A stretch of DNA of 64,000 nt from positions 41,604,001 to 41,668,000 of the forward strand of contig NC_087447.1 of NCBI RefSeq assembly GCF_036321535.1, in the 5' to 3' direction. Shown here piece by piece: positions 62,161 through 64,000 of the stretch; within the stretch, counting starts at the first letter, position 1; each line of letters starts with the position of its first letter. The stretch is from Camelus dromedarius (Eukaryota). The notes under the pieces are model-generated. The model had not been told where the DNA came from and ran no database searches. It saw nothing but the letters and a program-made list of their open reading frames with translations. Both the position numbers and the translations under genes were made by a program.

Positions 62161-62494
62161 GAAACATTAACAGTGAAATCACAACAAGGAATTCAATAGA
62201 AATTGTGGGGTTTGGGGGAGAAGGAATCCAACTGAAGGTCTGGGGAAAAACAATTCCACAAAAAGAGAATTAGCCTTTGAGTACAGGTATTCAGGATTAA
62301 GCGTTCAAATTAATTCAGCTAGTCATAATAGTTAATATTTATTGGATATTTACTAGGTACTAGACATATTTCTAATTATTTTACATTTATCATATCCCTT
62401 AATCACCACAATAATATCCCTATTTTATAGATGAGAAAACTGAGACATAGAGATTTAGTAATATGCCCTATGTCACATAGGGGTAGAGTTGGGA

Positions 62495-64000
62495 TTTTTT
62501 TTTATCATTATTGAGATATAATTGACATGTAACATGATGTCTGTTTCAGGTGTACAACATAATGATTTTATATTTGTATGTATTGTGAAATGATCTCCCC
62601 AGTAAGTATAGTTAACATCCATCACCATATATAGCTACATTTTTTTTCTTGTGATGAGAACTTTTAAGCAACTTTTTTAGCAACTTTCAAATACATAATG
62701 CAGTATTAATAATCATAGTCATCATGGTGTACATTATATCCACATGACATTTATTTTATAGCTGGAAGTTTGTATTTTTTAACCCCTTTCGCCCTCACCC
62801 CTACCTTGCTTCTGGCAACTACCAATCTATCTTCTGTATCCATGAGTTGGTTTTGTTTTTGGGTTTTTTTGTTTGTTTTTGTTTTAGATTCCACAGATGA
62901 TTGAGATTGGATGTGGTATTTGTCTTTCTCCTACTTATTTCACTTAGCATGATGCCTTCAAGGTCCATCCATATTGTTACAAATGGCAAGATTTCATTCT
63001 TTTTATGGGTGAATAATATTCTATTGTGCATATAAACTACATTTTTATCCATTCATCCATCAATGGACACTTAGGTTCCTTCCATATCTCAGTTATTGTA
63101 ATTAATGCACAATGAACATAGAGTGCATATATCCTTTCAAGTTAGTGTTTTCATTCCTTTGGATAAGTATACAGAAGTGGAATTGCTACATCATATGGTA
63201 ATTCTGTTTTTTATTTTTTGAGGAACCGCCATACTGTTTTCCATTGTGGCTACACCAATTTACATTCCTACTAACAGTGCATAAGTGTTCCTTTTTCTCT
63301 ACCTTCTCACCAACACTTCTTTTTTTTTAATTGAAGTATAGTCAGTTGCAATGTGTTGATTTCTGGTGCACAGCATAATGTTCCAGGAATGCAAATATAT
63401 ACATGTATTCATTTTCATATTCTTTTTCATTATGAGTTATTACAAGATATTGAATATAGTTTCCTGTGCTATACAGAAGAAATTGGGTATTTTTTAATCT
63501 ATTTTTGTATATAGTGGTTAACATTTGCAAATCTCAGACCCCCAAATTTATCCCTTCCCACCCTCTTCCCCTTATAATCATAAGGTTGTTTACTATATCT
63601 GCAAGTCTGTTTCTGTATTGTAGATGAGTTCATTACTGTCCTCTTTTTTCCTTGTCTTTTTTTAGATTCCACATATGATCATATGGTATTTTTCTTTCTC
63701 TCTCTTTCTGGCTCACTTCACTTAGAATGACGATCTCCAGATCCAACCATGTTGCTGTAAATGGCGTTATTTTATTCTTTTTTATCGCTGAATAGTATTC
63801 CACTTACAAATATACCACAATATCTTTATCCAGTCCTCCATTGATGGACATTTAGGTTGATTCTATGTCTTGACTACTGTATATAGTGCTGCTATGAACA
63901 TTGGGTGCATGTATCTTTTGGAATTAGAGCTCTCTCCAGATATATGCGCAGGAATGGGATTGCTAGATCCTATGGTAACTGTATTTTTAGTTTTTTGATG
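62495..64000 (-). mobile_element. Two stacked antisense L1 3' regions (older about 62495-63318, younger camelid-type 63320-64000)
   Basis: Each starts with poly-T and carries L1 3'UTR/ORF2-end text; ORF 62819-63052 includes KKNEILPFVTIWMDLEGIMLSEIS. Confidence 0.9.

Noticed and set aside
1..64000. CRISPR arrays, operons or other prokaryotic systems
   Set aside because: The sequence is mammalian, with no regularly spaced repeat-spacer array and no gene-dense region.

Overview
Mammalian genomic DNA, very likely camelid (alpaca, llama or camel), judged from a Vic-1-type tRNA-Ala-derived SINE and camelid-style young L1 3' ends. I see no intact protein-coding gene. The window looks intergenic or deep-intronic and is dominated by transposon fossils: L1, L2, MIR, MaLR/MLT1 and ERVL LTRs, hAT MITEs (MER58B, MER94), and about 2.8 kb of decayed ERVL pol with its dUTPase. 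Most tracked ORFs are chance ORFs or L1/ERVL fragments. The most notable items are a 3'UTR-only LDHA retrocopy (39.75-40.3 kb), a polyadenylated TSD-flanked retrocopy of an ERV LTR R-region (39.25-39.43 kb), a non-canonical 8-nt-spacer REST/RE1 site (34.54 kb), a twin-primed inverted L1, a prematurely polyadenylated L1 fragment in a nested insertion stack, two independent L1 insertions with the same 5' breakpoint, and two small orphan CpG-rich elements. I found no convincing wholly new biological system. Repeat family names come from recalled consensus sequences, not database searches, and boundaries of old repeats are approximate.
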